A stretch of 63,429 nt of DNA, the filler included, from Hausera hauseri (Eukaryota), in the NCBI GenBank assembly GCA_046269625.1. It is 9 parts of 9 records of this genome, joined end to end, with 100 filler letters (N's around TTAATTAATTAA, not from the genome) between each part and the next. Parts side by side here need not be neighbours in the genome. Positions count along the whole stretch, not along the records: positions 1 to 16,646 come from JBJURY010266618.1; positions 16,747 to 28,014 come from JBJURY010112209.1; 7 more parts are not named here. One strand, written 5' to 3'. Shown here piece after piece: positions 12,305-23,929 of the stretch; positions within the stretch are counted from its first letter, which is position 1, and the number at the start of each line of letters is the position of its first letter. A program made the translations under genes and the position numbers. The notes beneath the pieces are model-generated. The model was not told the origin of the DNA and did not search any database. It worked only from the letters and a program-made list of their open reading frames with translations.

Positions 12305-13300
12305 TACAATTTTTACCGCACATGTTACATTGCCATGGATTGTTAACATTATGAAGACCCATGTGGAGACAATACGTTGTCAGATCCTCAAATAGAATTT
12401 TGCAGTGGTTGCATTTATGAAGTTTTGATAGAAAATGAATGTCGCGATCAAGGCCATCTTTCTCAATATCTGGACTATTCGTTGGCTGTATATCTGATAC
12501 GAGTTTTAATGATTTGTCGTAGTCTTTGTCGAGTAGTTGGTCAATTTCATCATCAGTATTTGGATTATAAATTGGTCCTGATATGCAGTTTTGCTCCATA
12601 AGCTGCTCAATTGAAATCGTATTTATAGTAGACGGATTTATGAGTAATGGGTTATTGATCTTCTTTGTTGTGGAAGTTTCTGATAAGTCTGGCTTGTTCG
12701 TTGGCTGAAAGTAGATTAAATTTGTGTTCAGGTGACTTTTCAAGTATAGTGCCGAATTGATGTGGTTATTCCAGACTCAAACAAGGGGAGTGTTGAATTG
12801 CCGATAATGAGGGGTTGCCTTTACTTCAGTGAGCTGGACTCTTTACAGTTAGACTTCTGCTGGACATGTATGAACATGTGCATCGCCAGTGAACTCAAAT
12901 TACCGAATGTCTCCCGACAAATTCGACAGAAAAAAATATTGATGCTGTGGAGCAACTCCCTCTGTGAACGTATTTACAAATGTTGGCGATTTGTTCGTCT
13001 GTCTTCTGAGTTTTCGATCCTTTGCATCCATCTAGTCGTACACTTTCCATCATATGCATAGCGAGGGAGTCGCGATTGTAGAATTGCAGTTTACGATTTT
13101 GACAAAAGAAATGTTTACAGTCGACGGATAATGCTGGATAGACACAACCGGTTTTCTTGGAATCGTCAACAGTGTTTGTTGAACAATTGTAGACGGGACG
13201 AGACAGATCACTGGATAAACAGTATGGCACATATCGATTTCAGCCTCGGCGTCTACGACGGAAACAATTGGGAAGGTCGGCATTTTCATTTAGAGACTTG
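12305..13300 (-). pseudogene. Captured Ikaros/Hunchback-family C2H2 zinc-finger gene fragment
   Basis: FFCRICRETFGNLSSLAMHMFIH finger plus the C-terminal dimerisation fingers HKCNHCKILFEDLTTYCLHMGLHNVNNPWQCNMCGKNC, cut in the middle of the last finger. Confidence 0.8.
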
Positions 13301-13624
13301 ATGTTTTGAATAGGCTCTTCTGCTTCGTTTTTGATTCTTGTTACGAGATTTACTGGATTAAGTTGTCAAATGAATTTATTTCGTTGTTGCGTTGCAATTT
13401 AAAATTTCTGACCAACAAGAACCAGTACTTTTCAGAGTAAATTTCATAACTAATTCTTTCAATTGAAACCAAGTTGGAGAAAAAGAAAAATCAAAATTAT
13501 ATTCGACAAGCTTTGTGAATTTTACCGAAATACGCGAACGGAATTGGGTTCGATTGTCATTTTATAACTTTGTGTCGTTGCCTAAACGTTTGAACGCACT
13601 TGTAAGGGAATTAAATTCTTATGG

Positions 13625-13725
13625 CGGGGAAGTCGGACCCGACTATGGATCCGACGCGGCGGCAACGGAGGCCCGGCCGTGCCCAACCAAATAGGCCAGA
13701 AGCGCCAGCTGCTGTGGGCCCCACA
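13625..13725 (-). repeat. GC-rich 5' head of the 5' LTR of A
   Basis: Begins TGTGGGGCCCACAG, homologous to 2120-2234; truncates a Polinton ORF exactly at KHVTL. Confidence 0.85.
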
Positions 13726-15200
13726 ATAGCGTCACATGTTTTTCCAACGTTGTTTCTGACCTGAAACCATGAAGAAATATGGGACACCATTTACATTGTA
13801 TACGCTTTTGGATGAACTGGTCATGGGCCATGTTCAAGAGTCTATTTAAATTTGTAACGGCCACAGTGAAAATTTCCTTCTTCTCTAACAGTAACAAATT
13901 TACTGGGCATCCATTTGGGTTCCGACTTTGATAAATTATGTCCACATGAGGGTTTTTGTATATCTCTTCATCTACCGGTATTTCTCTGATTGTGTTGTAC
14001 CGGAAAACTTTAATTGATGGCGTTGGATTATGCCGTTCAAAGCCGTAATGCACTTCAGTTTCATCGGCATCCAACATTCATCAAAGTCCAGTTCGGAAAA
14101 ATATTGTCTATACTGATTTGGACTATTTACACTATGTCTGTCAACTTCGTTATACTTTAATACTGTTACAATACTGTAAAGAAAACAGTATTTGTCATCA
14201 GTATATTTACATTCACTTCCGTATGAGACTGCTTTAGAGCTGCAGGTCTCAATATGAATAATCGGTCAGACAAGTAAATTACATCATTCGACTTTGTTAC
14301 AATAAAGCCGATGGTGACAATTTTTATAATTATCCAGCCACTACGCCTTTTGATGTAGTTGGCGATTTTGTCATCCAGTCTTTCTCCTACATCGGCAATA
14401 AAATCTACGGAATATGGTACAGCTCGATGTGATAGGTACCATTGTTTCCTGTCGCCTTGAAAATTTTCAAATTCTGCAAGAGTATAATACTGCACCTTGC
14501 AGTGGTGTTGGAATTTTTTCACTTCTGATTCCAACCGGTTACGCATACTGAACGGTACATGCCTTAATTGCCTTGTTATTCTCGCTGACATATCCACTTT
14601 TATGTCTACGTACGATCTGTTTAGATCGTACTTGACAATAATGAAAGGTTAAAGTTCCTGCTGAAACGCATGATGCTGTTGTTGTCGTTGTTGATATTGC
14701 ATACTAGTGTTTTGTATGTATTGGTCAAGACTTGTGGACGTTTGAAGTTTCCTGCTTGTTGAGAAAATGCTACTGATTTTTGTTGCTTCCATCACCGTTT
14801 GCCTTTTGGAGCGCTGAAACTGGTTCAAATGATCCTTGTGTTGGTTATAAAATTGTTCATAGTTGATTTGATCAAATATTCAACAACCGAGACAAACATA
14901 GGCCCGTTTACCATGCACCGTTGTGGTGCCATAGTATTTCTCAATTTTAGTATCACATTTATCAACGGTATGTACTGTTATTATAGTACCGTGGATATAC
15001 GGGACAATGCACATACATCATCTAAGGACCATGTAAATAGACCAAAATGATGCTTGTGTACTTCATAAAAATCTGAATACGGACGGTGGGTTTGAATATT
15101 ACACACGGGACACAAATATGTGTCCTTGACAACTGCGTAATATTTTGCCACATGTTGGTAGCATTGATCCGCGTCATGTCTACGTGAGACGCAGTACATG
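13726..15200 (-). mobile_element. Polinton/Maverick remnant (N-terminal part of the pPolB ORF plus small upstream ORFs)
   Basis: NYIKRRSGWIIIKI, CFLYSIV, IKVFRY..HVDIIY..VNLLLL..LNRLL..WCPIFLHGF; homologous to 37155-37652. Confidence 0.8.
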
Positions 15201-15781
15201 TGATATTCAGTATATTTCTAAGTAAAATAAATTAAGATATGTTAAATTTATTCCATTATTAATGAAATAACTGAATTATAATTTAAACATAACTTATTTC
15301 CTTCGTTGTAAGATTATATTTCATTTATTTCATTCATCACTCCTTCGATGGTCTCAGAAATTACATAACTTAGTTATAAACGTTTATTCTCAACATTGCT
15401 ACTTGTACCCACAAAATAAACGATCGAAGCAAAGGGCGGGGAGTTGGGGCGATTGACGATGGTGAATGGCGATGCGGATGATGTGACAAAGTCAGTGACG
15501 TCATACGGAAAAGTTGTCAGTGCATTAACATGAGGAGAATAGATCAGTGTAATGACAAAATTTACAAGACTGATGAGAATGAGTTACAAGGACGAATTAG
15601 TCATTTATTAATGATAAGTTTCTATTCCTTGTTTCTCCTTTAAATTTATTTATCTGTATTGAAATAATAATAAGTTGTGAATGCAAATGGAAAAATAAAG
15701 TATAAAAAATTGTTATCAGTTACCAAATTGATTTTTTAAAATTTGAAATTTCACTCAAAAGTAATGAATAAGAAAATATAA

Positions 15782-16513
15782 GTGAAAAAAGAATACAAAA
15801 GGAATAAGAAAGTCAAGAAATACCGTGCTAAGTTTGACCAGCGCGTGACTAGCAAATACGATATTAAAGCTTTGATAGGACGAGGAAGTTTCAGTAGAGT
15901 GGTCAGAGTTGAGCACAGAATAACAAAACAGCCGTATGCTATCAAGATGATTGATCTGGTCAAAGGAAAAGAAATATTCGAGGCAGAAATCAATGTTTTA
16001 CAAAGAGTCAAACACGCGTACATTATCCAGTTAGTGGAAGTGTTTGAGGCACCCGATAAGGTTTATTTAGTCATGCAACTTGCCACAGGTGGAGAACTTT
16101 TCGACCGTATCATAGCCAAAGGTAGTTTCACGGAACGTGACGCTGCACATGTTCTCATAATGGTCTTGGAAGGAATGAAGTATTTACACGGACTCGGTAT
16201 AACACATCGAGACCTGAAACCAGAAAATTTACTCTACTACCACCCAGGTCATAACTCCAAAATCATGATCGCCGACTTCGGGTTGAGTTCGGTTCTCAAA
16301 GGTCCGGACACGGACATGACGACGGTCTGTGGCACCCCGGAATACATCGCCCCAGAGATTCTGGCCAGGAAGCCATACACGAGTCAGGTCGATATGTGGG
16401 CTATTGGCGTGATAACGTATATTCTTGTAAGCGGACAGATGCCTTTTGATGATGATAATAGAATGCGGCTCTACAGGATGATTCTCCGCGCGGATTACAG
16501 CTTCGAGGGCGAG
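15782..16513 (+). CDS. PSKH1: Serine/threonine kinase H1, large coding exon (5' boundary uncertain, downstream exon beyond gap)
   Basis: KYRAKFDQRVTSKYDIKALIGRGSFSRVVRVEH, THRDLKPENLLYYHPG, DFG, CGTPEYIAPE with an intact frame; splice donor GAG|GTAAT after FEGE. Confidence 0.93.
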
Positions 16514-16646
16514 GTAATATGTTTATGTCCAGTTCATACTAGAACATATCAAGCATGTTATTTACTCAGTTTTGGAAGTAACTTGTAGTAAGACTATATG
16601 TTGTGAGATATCAAACTGCAGTAAGACTGTACGATTTGACATATGA

Positions 16647-16746
16647 NNNNNNNNNNNNNNNNNNNNNNNNNNNNNNNNNNNNNNNNNNNNTTAATTAATT
16701 AANNNNNNNNNNNNNNNNNNNNNNNNNNNNNNNNNNNNNNNNNNNN
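16647..16746. other. Artificial contig linker N44-TTAATTAATTAA-N44 (the 12-mer recurs at 28059, 32472, 37697, 42268, 49103, 53660, 59370)
   Basis: Identical 12-mer with stops in all six frames, flanked by N runs, eight times. Confidence 0.97.
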
Positions 16747-16747
16747 A

Positions 16748-18400
16748 CGAAATTCGGCCATCTGTCCATTGGATAAACGTACTCAAACAAGGAATTATGG
16801 ACAAGTATTCAGAATCATTGATTGGTTCAGCGACAAGTGAAAATGAAGCGTTGGGAAACGAGAACAAGTAGATAATCGGCAAAATAAAAAAGCTCGCGAA
16901 TATGGCACAGAATTATTCGGCACATATAAACAATTTTGTGAACAATTGGAACGTGATGTGGACGATGGATTTCGTAATGATGGTAAGATGGAAAAACACC
17001 AGTGATCTTATCAGAGATTCTTCACAACGACTGATATCTGGTGATGAACTATTTATTAACTCCGATGTGATACTGAATCGTGTTGAAGACTTACTGATGA
17101 CAATAGACAAAGACCGAAAACTTCCAATGACCCAGAATATTCTTGCAGATAATGTGTATACTTTCATTAGAGAATTGCGAACTAAATTCGACAGTTCAAA
17201 ACGTATGTCAAAGGACCTTTGTGCAAACTACAATATGCCTTATTTAATAAAAAATCCAACCTAAAAGTCAGTTATGCAGTTTTGGATACCATTTTGTCCA
17301 TGACAAACATGAAGTTATTTACATTGGCTGTGAAGATCAAGGAACTCGATAAGTCCATCCCATCGAAGACTATCCAGGTATACGAAGTCACGGAGAGTCG
17401 ACATAATGTTCCACAGAATGCAGTTTTACCGGATGAAGATAATTATTCTGTTGATGTTGAGAAGCTTCTGAAATTTCTCGATGCAAAAATGCTCTATTGG
17501 CAGTTCTAACAACTTCCAGAAACTTCCATCAGTTGAACAGTTGATTGATGATCATAACAGTATGAAAAGTACATGTGATCAATATTGGAGTAATATTCGG
17601 ATTCGTTTCCTGCCATTTGTGAATGATAAAAAATCGGCCAATAAGGCATATGAAACTGCAGATAAACAGAAACGGAACTGGGATAATTTGTGGCAGAAAC
17701 ACTGGACAGAGAAAGTGAGTCCTCGTTATGATTTTCTGAAGCGATATGAATATTTTGATGTGGATTCAGATAAAGTGTTTCATTTTTGAATGACTTGCAT
17801 AATCGACCGAATACGATTCTATTCATCGTTCGACACGTTAATGAGAAACTGAAAGTCTTGAGAAAGGATTTTCCAAAAAAAAGAAAAGGACTACAGTCAT
17901 TTGAGCAGAGGCTTCAGCTATTCATAAACCAGAATTTAGGCGATAAACTGGCTCGATATTTGAACACACTCATTCAACTGTCTGCATTGGAAAAGCTGTT
18001 CGACGAGATTTCGGAAATTTTACCAGACTTGGATCAATTAAAAGAGGCATGTGTCAAAAAATATTCTTTTTCTGACGTCATAAAGTTACAAACTGCCAAA
18101 ACTTATGGAAATTCAAAAAAGGTCCATTGGACAATCGAGAAAATGTCAGTAGATTTCACTCTTCCAGAACGATTCACACAAACAGAACAAAAAATGGAGT
18201 ATATATTGCCCGAAAAATCGGCTGATGTTGCAAAGTAAAATCCTGCGAAGGGGAACCGGCTGAACTAATGTTTGACACGAACTCACTACCGAAAACAAAA
18301 GAAGACCAGTATAACTTAATTTGGTGCAAGAATGATTCGAGGATTGATACATCCAACTATCCGATATTCAATGCCCATAAAGCAACCATTTTTTCGCGAA
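16748..18400 (+). pseudogene. Unidentified intronless host-like coding cargo upstream of B
   Basis: Chain of overlapping plus-strand ORFs (16902, 17219, 17481, 17786, 18268) linked by frameshifts, with no TE motifs. Confidence 0.5.
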
Positions 18401-18439
18401 TGCTGGCGATAAGAAAAGCAAGAAAGGGCGAAATTCTCC

Positions 18440-18820
18440 GAAAACTATTAGCTGGAAATCCCATGATACAACTGACAGTACGGTACCAATAACTGGCTTC
18501 ATTGTGAAGTAGAATAATCGGTATACAAACAAATTTAAAACTGTACCACTCGAACGCAGTACTTGAACGTTTTATATGAACAACGTTACTTGTTTGTCAG
18601 GTTATACCTTTTAAATCCGGTCCCAGAATACGATAGGCAAAAGTGATTATAGCGATCTAAAGAGTTTCCGAACTCACGGAACAGCTCCTCTAATCGCAGA
18701 TACTAAAATCCTCTTACCACAAAGACAGATCAGGTCACACGGTGCCCATTTCAATTTAACAGCATTCAGTCCCGGCGAAAATTGTTCAGCGCAATCATTC
18801 CATGTTACAATTACCGTCAA
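18440..18820 (+). pseudogene. Dscam-like fibronectin type III fragment (cargo)
   Basis: VPLERST*TFYMNNVTCLSGYTF*IRSQNTIGKSDYSDLKSFRTHGTAPL..IRSHGAHFNLTAFSPGENCSAQSFHV resembles the Dscam FN3 junction (LENLLCGSRYQ..NGIGTG..RTKG..SLHFKAWKDGGCP). Confidence 0.5.
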
Positions 18821-19114
18821 TGTTTGGTCACAATGAACATGCTGTTATTGCGTTCAATAAAACCGCACTCAGATACAGGTTAGTGAGGTTCTTTTTACTG
18901 ATTTTCATCCGCCAGTGCGACCATTTTTACGCATACGCAAATCCTTCGTGGCTAACACTAACTTTCACTTTAAAAGGCTCTTAAGTTCAAAAACTCCGGA
19001 TATTATCTTATCACAATATTTGCCACTACTTTCCCGGCTGCACGCCCAAACCCCTTAACCCAAAAGGAAAGCGTCCAAGCCTCCCATGCATATCAACGTT
19101 CTCCTGGGATTACT

Positions 19115-19338
19115 TCACGGAAATTTTCGTTGTACATCATCAGCAACAATTAGCACAAAAACTATAAAAGCTTCACTCAACGACACAGCACAGCTCTTAT
19201 ACAACTCTATCCTCATCATTCAGCATTTTTGACTTTTATTTCACACATCGAGGTATCCCTGTACATTCTTCCGACTCCCTTCTGCCATTCGCATGCCACG
19301 AACGTCCTATCATCCTACACTTCCACCTTCTGGGTGGA
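19115..19338 (+). pseudogene. Ubiquitin-like domain N-terminal to gag of B
   Basis: With two frameshifts: EIFVVH..TKTIKASLNDTAQLLYNSI..DFYFTHRGIPVHSSDSLLPFACHERPIILHFHLLGG, then in frame into SDPNP..LPCVDFFL (gag). Confidence 0.7.
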
Positions 19339-20377
19339 TCGGACCCCAATCCATCTTTCTCGGATGATAAATTCACAAATACATGCAACATCTATCGTTT
19401 GCCAAACTCCCAACAGTCACGAGCTTCATTAAATCTGCCTTGTGTGGATTTTTTTCTTGACAAAAACAACTCCAGCAAACCGTGGCTACAATTCCACCAA
19501 CAGTGGCTAAAATCCAACAACATTACTGACTCTTGTGCGAGCCAACAGTCTTCTAATTCTTTTACCTGCTAACATCAAGTAGCAGATCAGCAACATTTCA
19601 GAACTGCTCCAATCCTCGACACCTTTCGAAACACTGTGAGGCAGTACTCCATATTACTGATCCTTCTATGATCACATTATACGAAAATACTTTAACGATC
19701 ATGCTGTAGGAAACCCAAAGCCATCCGATTTTCTACAAACGGCCATTCTGCAGCTTAGCGTTTTAGGAGTAATACCTACGAATAACGCGGATTTAATGCG
19801 CCGTTATTTTTGTCATCTCTGCCCACCTCAATCAGAGCCTTGCTCATCGTTGTCAACAAGTCCACTGCTATCGAAAAACTGGTCATAATGGCTGACAAAT
19901 CCTTTGAGATTCTCCATACCAATAAACCTCTCGCAATTGCGGCTGCAACCACATGTGCTCTAACTACAGACAAAACATTCTTCACTCAACAATTGCAAAT
20001 GATGCAGCAACAGTTTGACAAGTTACAGTAGTCAATTTCGGCCATTACTACCCAACTAAACCATTTTAATGGGCCTCGACGAAGTGACACCAGATCTTCA
20101 AAGAAGCGAAGCACTTCAAGACACTACTCGATTCATTTCACCCGGTAGACGTATGACGTGCTTCTATCACACGCGATTTCATAAGGATTCAAGGAAATGC
20201 TTCTTGGGCTGTCGATTCTATAGCGAGCGATACGCTATGAACAACCCTATTTGCATATACCACAACAAATATCAGTCACAGGCCAGGTCATGTGTGCCTG
20301 GTTGTAAACACTACAAAGATAAATTTCCTCCTTTTCCTTCCTCTTCTTCCTTTTTCCCAAATCCTTCAAAAAACTAA
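19339..20377 (+). pseudogene. gag: gag of B, two CHCC knuckles
   Basis: FHQQWLKSNNITDS, FLSSLPTSIRALL..EKLVIMADK, CFYHTRFHKDSRKCFLGC, CIYHNKYQSQARSCVPGC, ends SKN*. Confidence 0.88.
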
Positions 20378-20395
20378 TAATGCCGCCAGATTTTA
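20368..20395 (+). promoter_or_regulatory. Candidate -1 ribosomal frameshift site at the gag/pol junction
   Basis: A AAA AAC immediately before the gag stop, followed by gccgccag; degenerate equivalents in A (caaaaactga..gccgctag) and C (caaaacctaa..gccgccag). Confidence 0.6.
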
Positions 20396-23300
20396 CGGCA
20401 CATTCTGCTGCAAGCAATATCGCTCAATCTTCTGGCCGCTTCAACACCGCCTCTGCAGTTTTCTTTTGAAAGCTGCACTGTTGTGCAGAGACATCTCGCA
20501 TATAGACTTCCTTATAGATTCAAGAGCTGCCTTTTCGCTCATTCCCTTGTCCTTAATTCCTACACCCACTATAATTTCTTGTTCACCGCTTTTCACTGCC
20601 CGTAGGCAACCGTTGCACGTTGCAGGAACCACGGAACTGACTTTTACTTTCGCCAACTAGCCAGATAAATTTGTCTGGAAGTTCCATGTGGCTGATATTC
20701 AATCTCCTATAATAGGCTCAGAGTTCCTTGCAGCACATGATTTATTGGTTGATTGCAAATACGGCTGTCTGCTGAGTAGGAACTCGATTGCAATTTCAAA
20801 CAAATGTCTCGCAGACAATCTAGCGAACACATCAATGCACTCTTCTATAAATATACTGAATACCTCGTCAAATGCTAACAAGTATAACAATCACAAATCC
20901 ATTTTGAATACATCGTCAAATGTTAACAAGTATAACAATCACAAATCAATTTTAAAACAAAAATCCAAACTGAATATTGACAGTGGCAATGCCGGTTGTT
21001 ATTCGTCAATTACTGCAACTGTCTCGTCCGATGATATGCCTCATTCATTCTTATCTCTAGACTCCTATCTTAAATCAAACGTCACAACGTCTTGCTTTCG
21101 CATAGTTAAAAGGGACGTCAACTTCAAGCCTCCATCCACAACTTATTACCATATAGTAAAGAAGCATCAGAGGCCTATCAAACAAAAGGTCAGACCTTTG
21201 TCGCTACGCAGACGTAAAGCTGTGGAACAGGAATTTAATGAATTGGAAAAGTCTGGCATCGTTCGCAGATTGAATTCTCCATGGGCCTCTCCTCTTCATG
21301 TAGTAGTAAAAGAAGATGGTACCTAGAGGCCATGTGGCGACTATCGCCAATTAAACAACCTAACTATTACATATGCTTATCTACTACCACTCATTAAGGA
21401 TATTCTTCATAGCCAATACTCTATGATGAAATTACCATTGATCTGCATAATGTCTACCATCAAATTCCTGTTGCACCTGATGACATTCCAAAAACTGCTG
21501 TCTTCACACCATTTGGCCTTTATGAATACATACTCATGCCTTTCGGCCTGTGCAGCGCATATTAGACCTTACAGCACCACATTGACACCGTTCTGTCAGG
21601 ACTAGATTTTGCTCACCCATACATAGATAACATATTAGTTTCTTCCGCCTCCATCAAATAACATCATGAGCACCTTAGAATTAATTTCCACAGATTGCAT
21701 CAAAGCAACTTACAAATTAATTTCTCTAAATACAATTTCTTTCAGAAAAGCGTCAACTTCTTAGGCCATAGAATTTCTTCCGAAGGTCATTCACCCCAGC
21801 CTGATCGCTTACAACAGTTAAAAAATGTTATATTACCAACGACTACTACGGACATGAGGATTTTTCTAAGGACACTGCATTTTGTACACAAATGTGCCAC
21901 ACTGCCCAAACTAACGGCACCTTTCGCACACCTTTCATCCGGGAAGAAAAGGCAATTAATTCACTGAACTCCCGATCTAATAAACCAATTTGATCGCTTT
22001 CGTGAAGGTCTGAAAACCGTTGAGATCTTGGCTTTTCCAAAACCCAACGCGGAACTCATACTAACTAACGATGCCTCCACCACAGCCACTGGTGCAATAT
22101 TACACCAAATATACAATGGTGTCGATGAACCATTAGAATTTTATTCCCGAAATCTCACGCAACCAGAAAGCCGATACTCAACATTCGATCGTGAACTTTT
22201 GGCTGTAGTTCTAGCGGAAAAGCATTTCAAGCATTTGCTTTTATCACGTCAATTTACCATCCAAACCGACCATAAGCCTCTACTTCACATAATGACGCTA
22301 AAACAGCCATCGCCGAGACAAGAACGACAGATATCATACGTGTCGACGTTTAGTTTTTCCATGAAATATATTTCAGGCACCGAGAATTTAGTAGCAGACT
22401 TTCTTTGGCGGTCGGTCAACTCAATTACAGTTCAGCCAATTTCTCCTCTGAAGTCCTGAGAAGTAATCTTCTGATATTCTTCAAACTTTTAAATCGGTTG
22501 ACACATCCAACGCGACTAATAAAAAATCATTCTTGCTCCATCGCCGCAAAAGACAGCTTTCACTCACTTTCANNNNNNNNNNAGCCACATTCCGTCTACT
22601 GCAATGCCACGTTGTATGGCCAACTATGCGTACAGATGTACTAATCCGAGTTAAAGAATGTACAGCATGCCAGCAATATAAGATTCACAAACACCTCAAA
22701 CCACCACTTTACCACTTCCCTTGCTCATCTCGTTTTGACACTGTTAATTTCGATCTTGTAGGTCCTTTACCATCCTATAAAGGCTATCAATATATCTTAT
22801 CCATGATGGATCGCGCTTCTCGCTGTCCGGAAGCCGTTCCTCTTTAATCAACCAACAACAACTCAGTGGCAGATGCATTTATCAATATATGGGTCAGCCG
22901 TTTTGGCTCACCACGTCACATCATAACGGACCAGGGTCCGCAAATTGAAGCTGATCTTTTTAAATCTCTGGTAAAGCACTTGGGGATAGCCCACTTTTAT
23001 ACAACACCGTACCATCTCCAAGCAAATGGTCTTTTTGAGAGATTTCGCCGCACCTTGAAGATTTCTTTGAAAATCTTGGCAAACAACAATCATAACTGGA
23101 CCTCAGTTCTTTCTCTTGTCCTACTCGGTTGGCGCAATACGCCATCTACCACCGCAGGTTGTGCTCCAGCTGAGGCTCTCTTTGTGACACCAATTCTTAC
23201 CCTATTTGAGCTCTCCAATCTCGATGAAAGTCCGTCAAATGACGTTATTCGTGCAGCACAGTCCCACTTTGTAGATGTAAACTCAAACGCCTTTTGCCGT

Positions 23301-23905
23301 CTTATAAATAAAGACAAATCTTATATTCCTGAGGACTTATACTCAGCCACGTTTGTATGGCTGAAGGATCCGTCATCTTCTAATTTTCGGCCTCAGTAAG
23401 TTTGCCCTTACAAACTACTCAACCTTTCTTCGCACACCGCTACTATTTTACGCAAGGATAAACCTCAAAATGTACACATTTCCAATCTCAAGCCAGCATT
23501 TTTCGTTGACAATGATCAGGATAACAGCCCTATTTCAAATCCTTATTCTAACTTCTCTCCCATCGAGCCATTGTTTAATTTCCTCAATGATTTTGAGCCG
23601 TCACAGCAATAATCATTGCGTCACAATCAATTCTTTTCACTTCCGTCATCGTCCACTGCTCATTCACCACTTACTTCGCCGTCATCGCTTGCACACCCAC
23701 TACTCATTTCTCCGCCATCGCACGATTCGCTTCCACCTCCAGTCTCGCCTTCTTCGTTTGATCCAGTCCACTCTTCAGTTTCTTCTCCATTTTCACCTCT
23801 TCATGAAGCATCCTTCCGAAACACATAAAATCCACGGCATCTCTCCCTCGAACAACTCCACAAGCACCAGCAATATCTAACAGATCACGTCATGTGACAT
23901 TTAGT
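20378..23905 (+). pseudogene. pol: pol of B (PR-RT-RNaseH-INT + Ser/Pro tail)
   Basis: FLIDSRAAFSL, SPWASPLHVV, TNDAS, YSTFDRELL, DLVGPLP..ITDQGPQ..NGLFERF; ends RSRHVTFS. Confidence 0.92.
20857..20952 (+). repeat. In-frame 48-bp tandem duplication in the PR-RT linker
   Basis: Encodes NTSSNANKYNNHKSIL / NTSSNVNKYNNHKSIL. Confidence 0.9.
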
Positions 23906-23929
23906 ATTTATAGCAAGGAGAAGTTCATA

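Larger units (their letters stand above)
1..13725 (-). mobile_element. Element A: decayed CsRn1-like Ty3/Gypsy LTR retrotransposon with host-cDNA-filled LTRs (3' end runs off the window)
   Basis: Minus-strand order: LTR head TGTGG (13725), host fragments, LTR end/PBS-like site (~9048), UBL-gag, PR, RT (YIDD), RNaseH (TTDAS, YSTFDRELL), INT, PPT (GGGAGGTAA), second LTR head TGTGG (2234). Gag has the CxxH-x9-C-x3-C knuckle of the CsRn1 clade. Confidence 0.85.
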
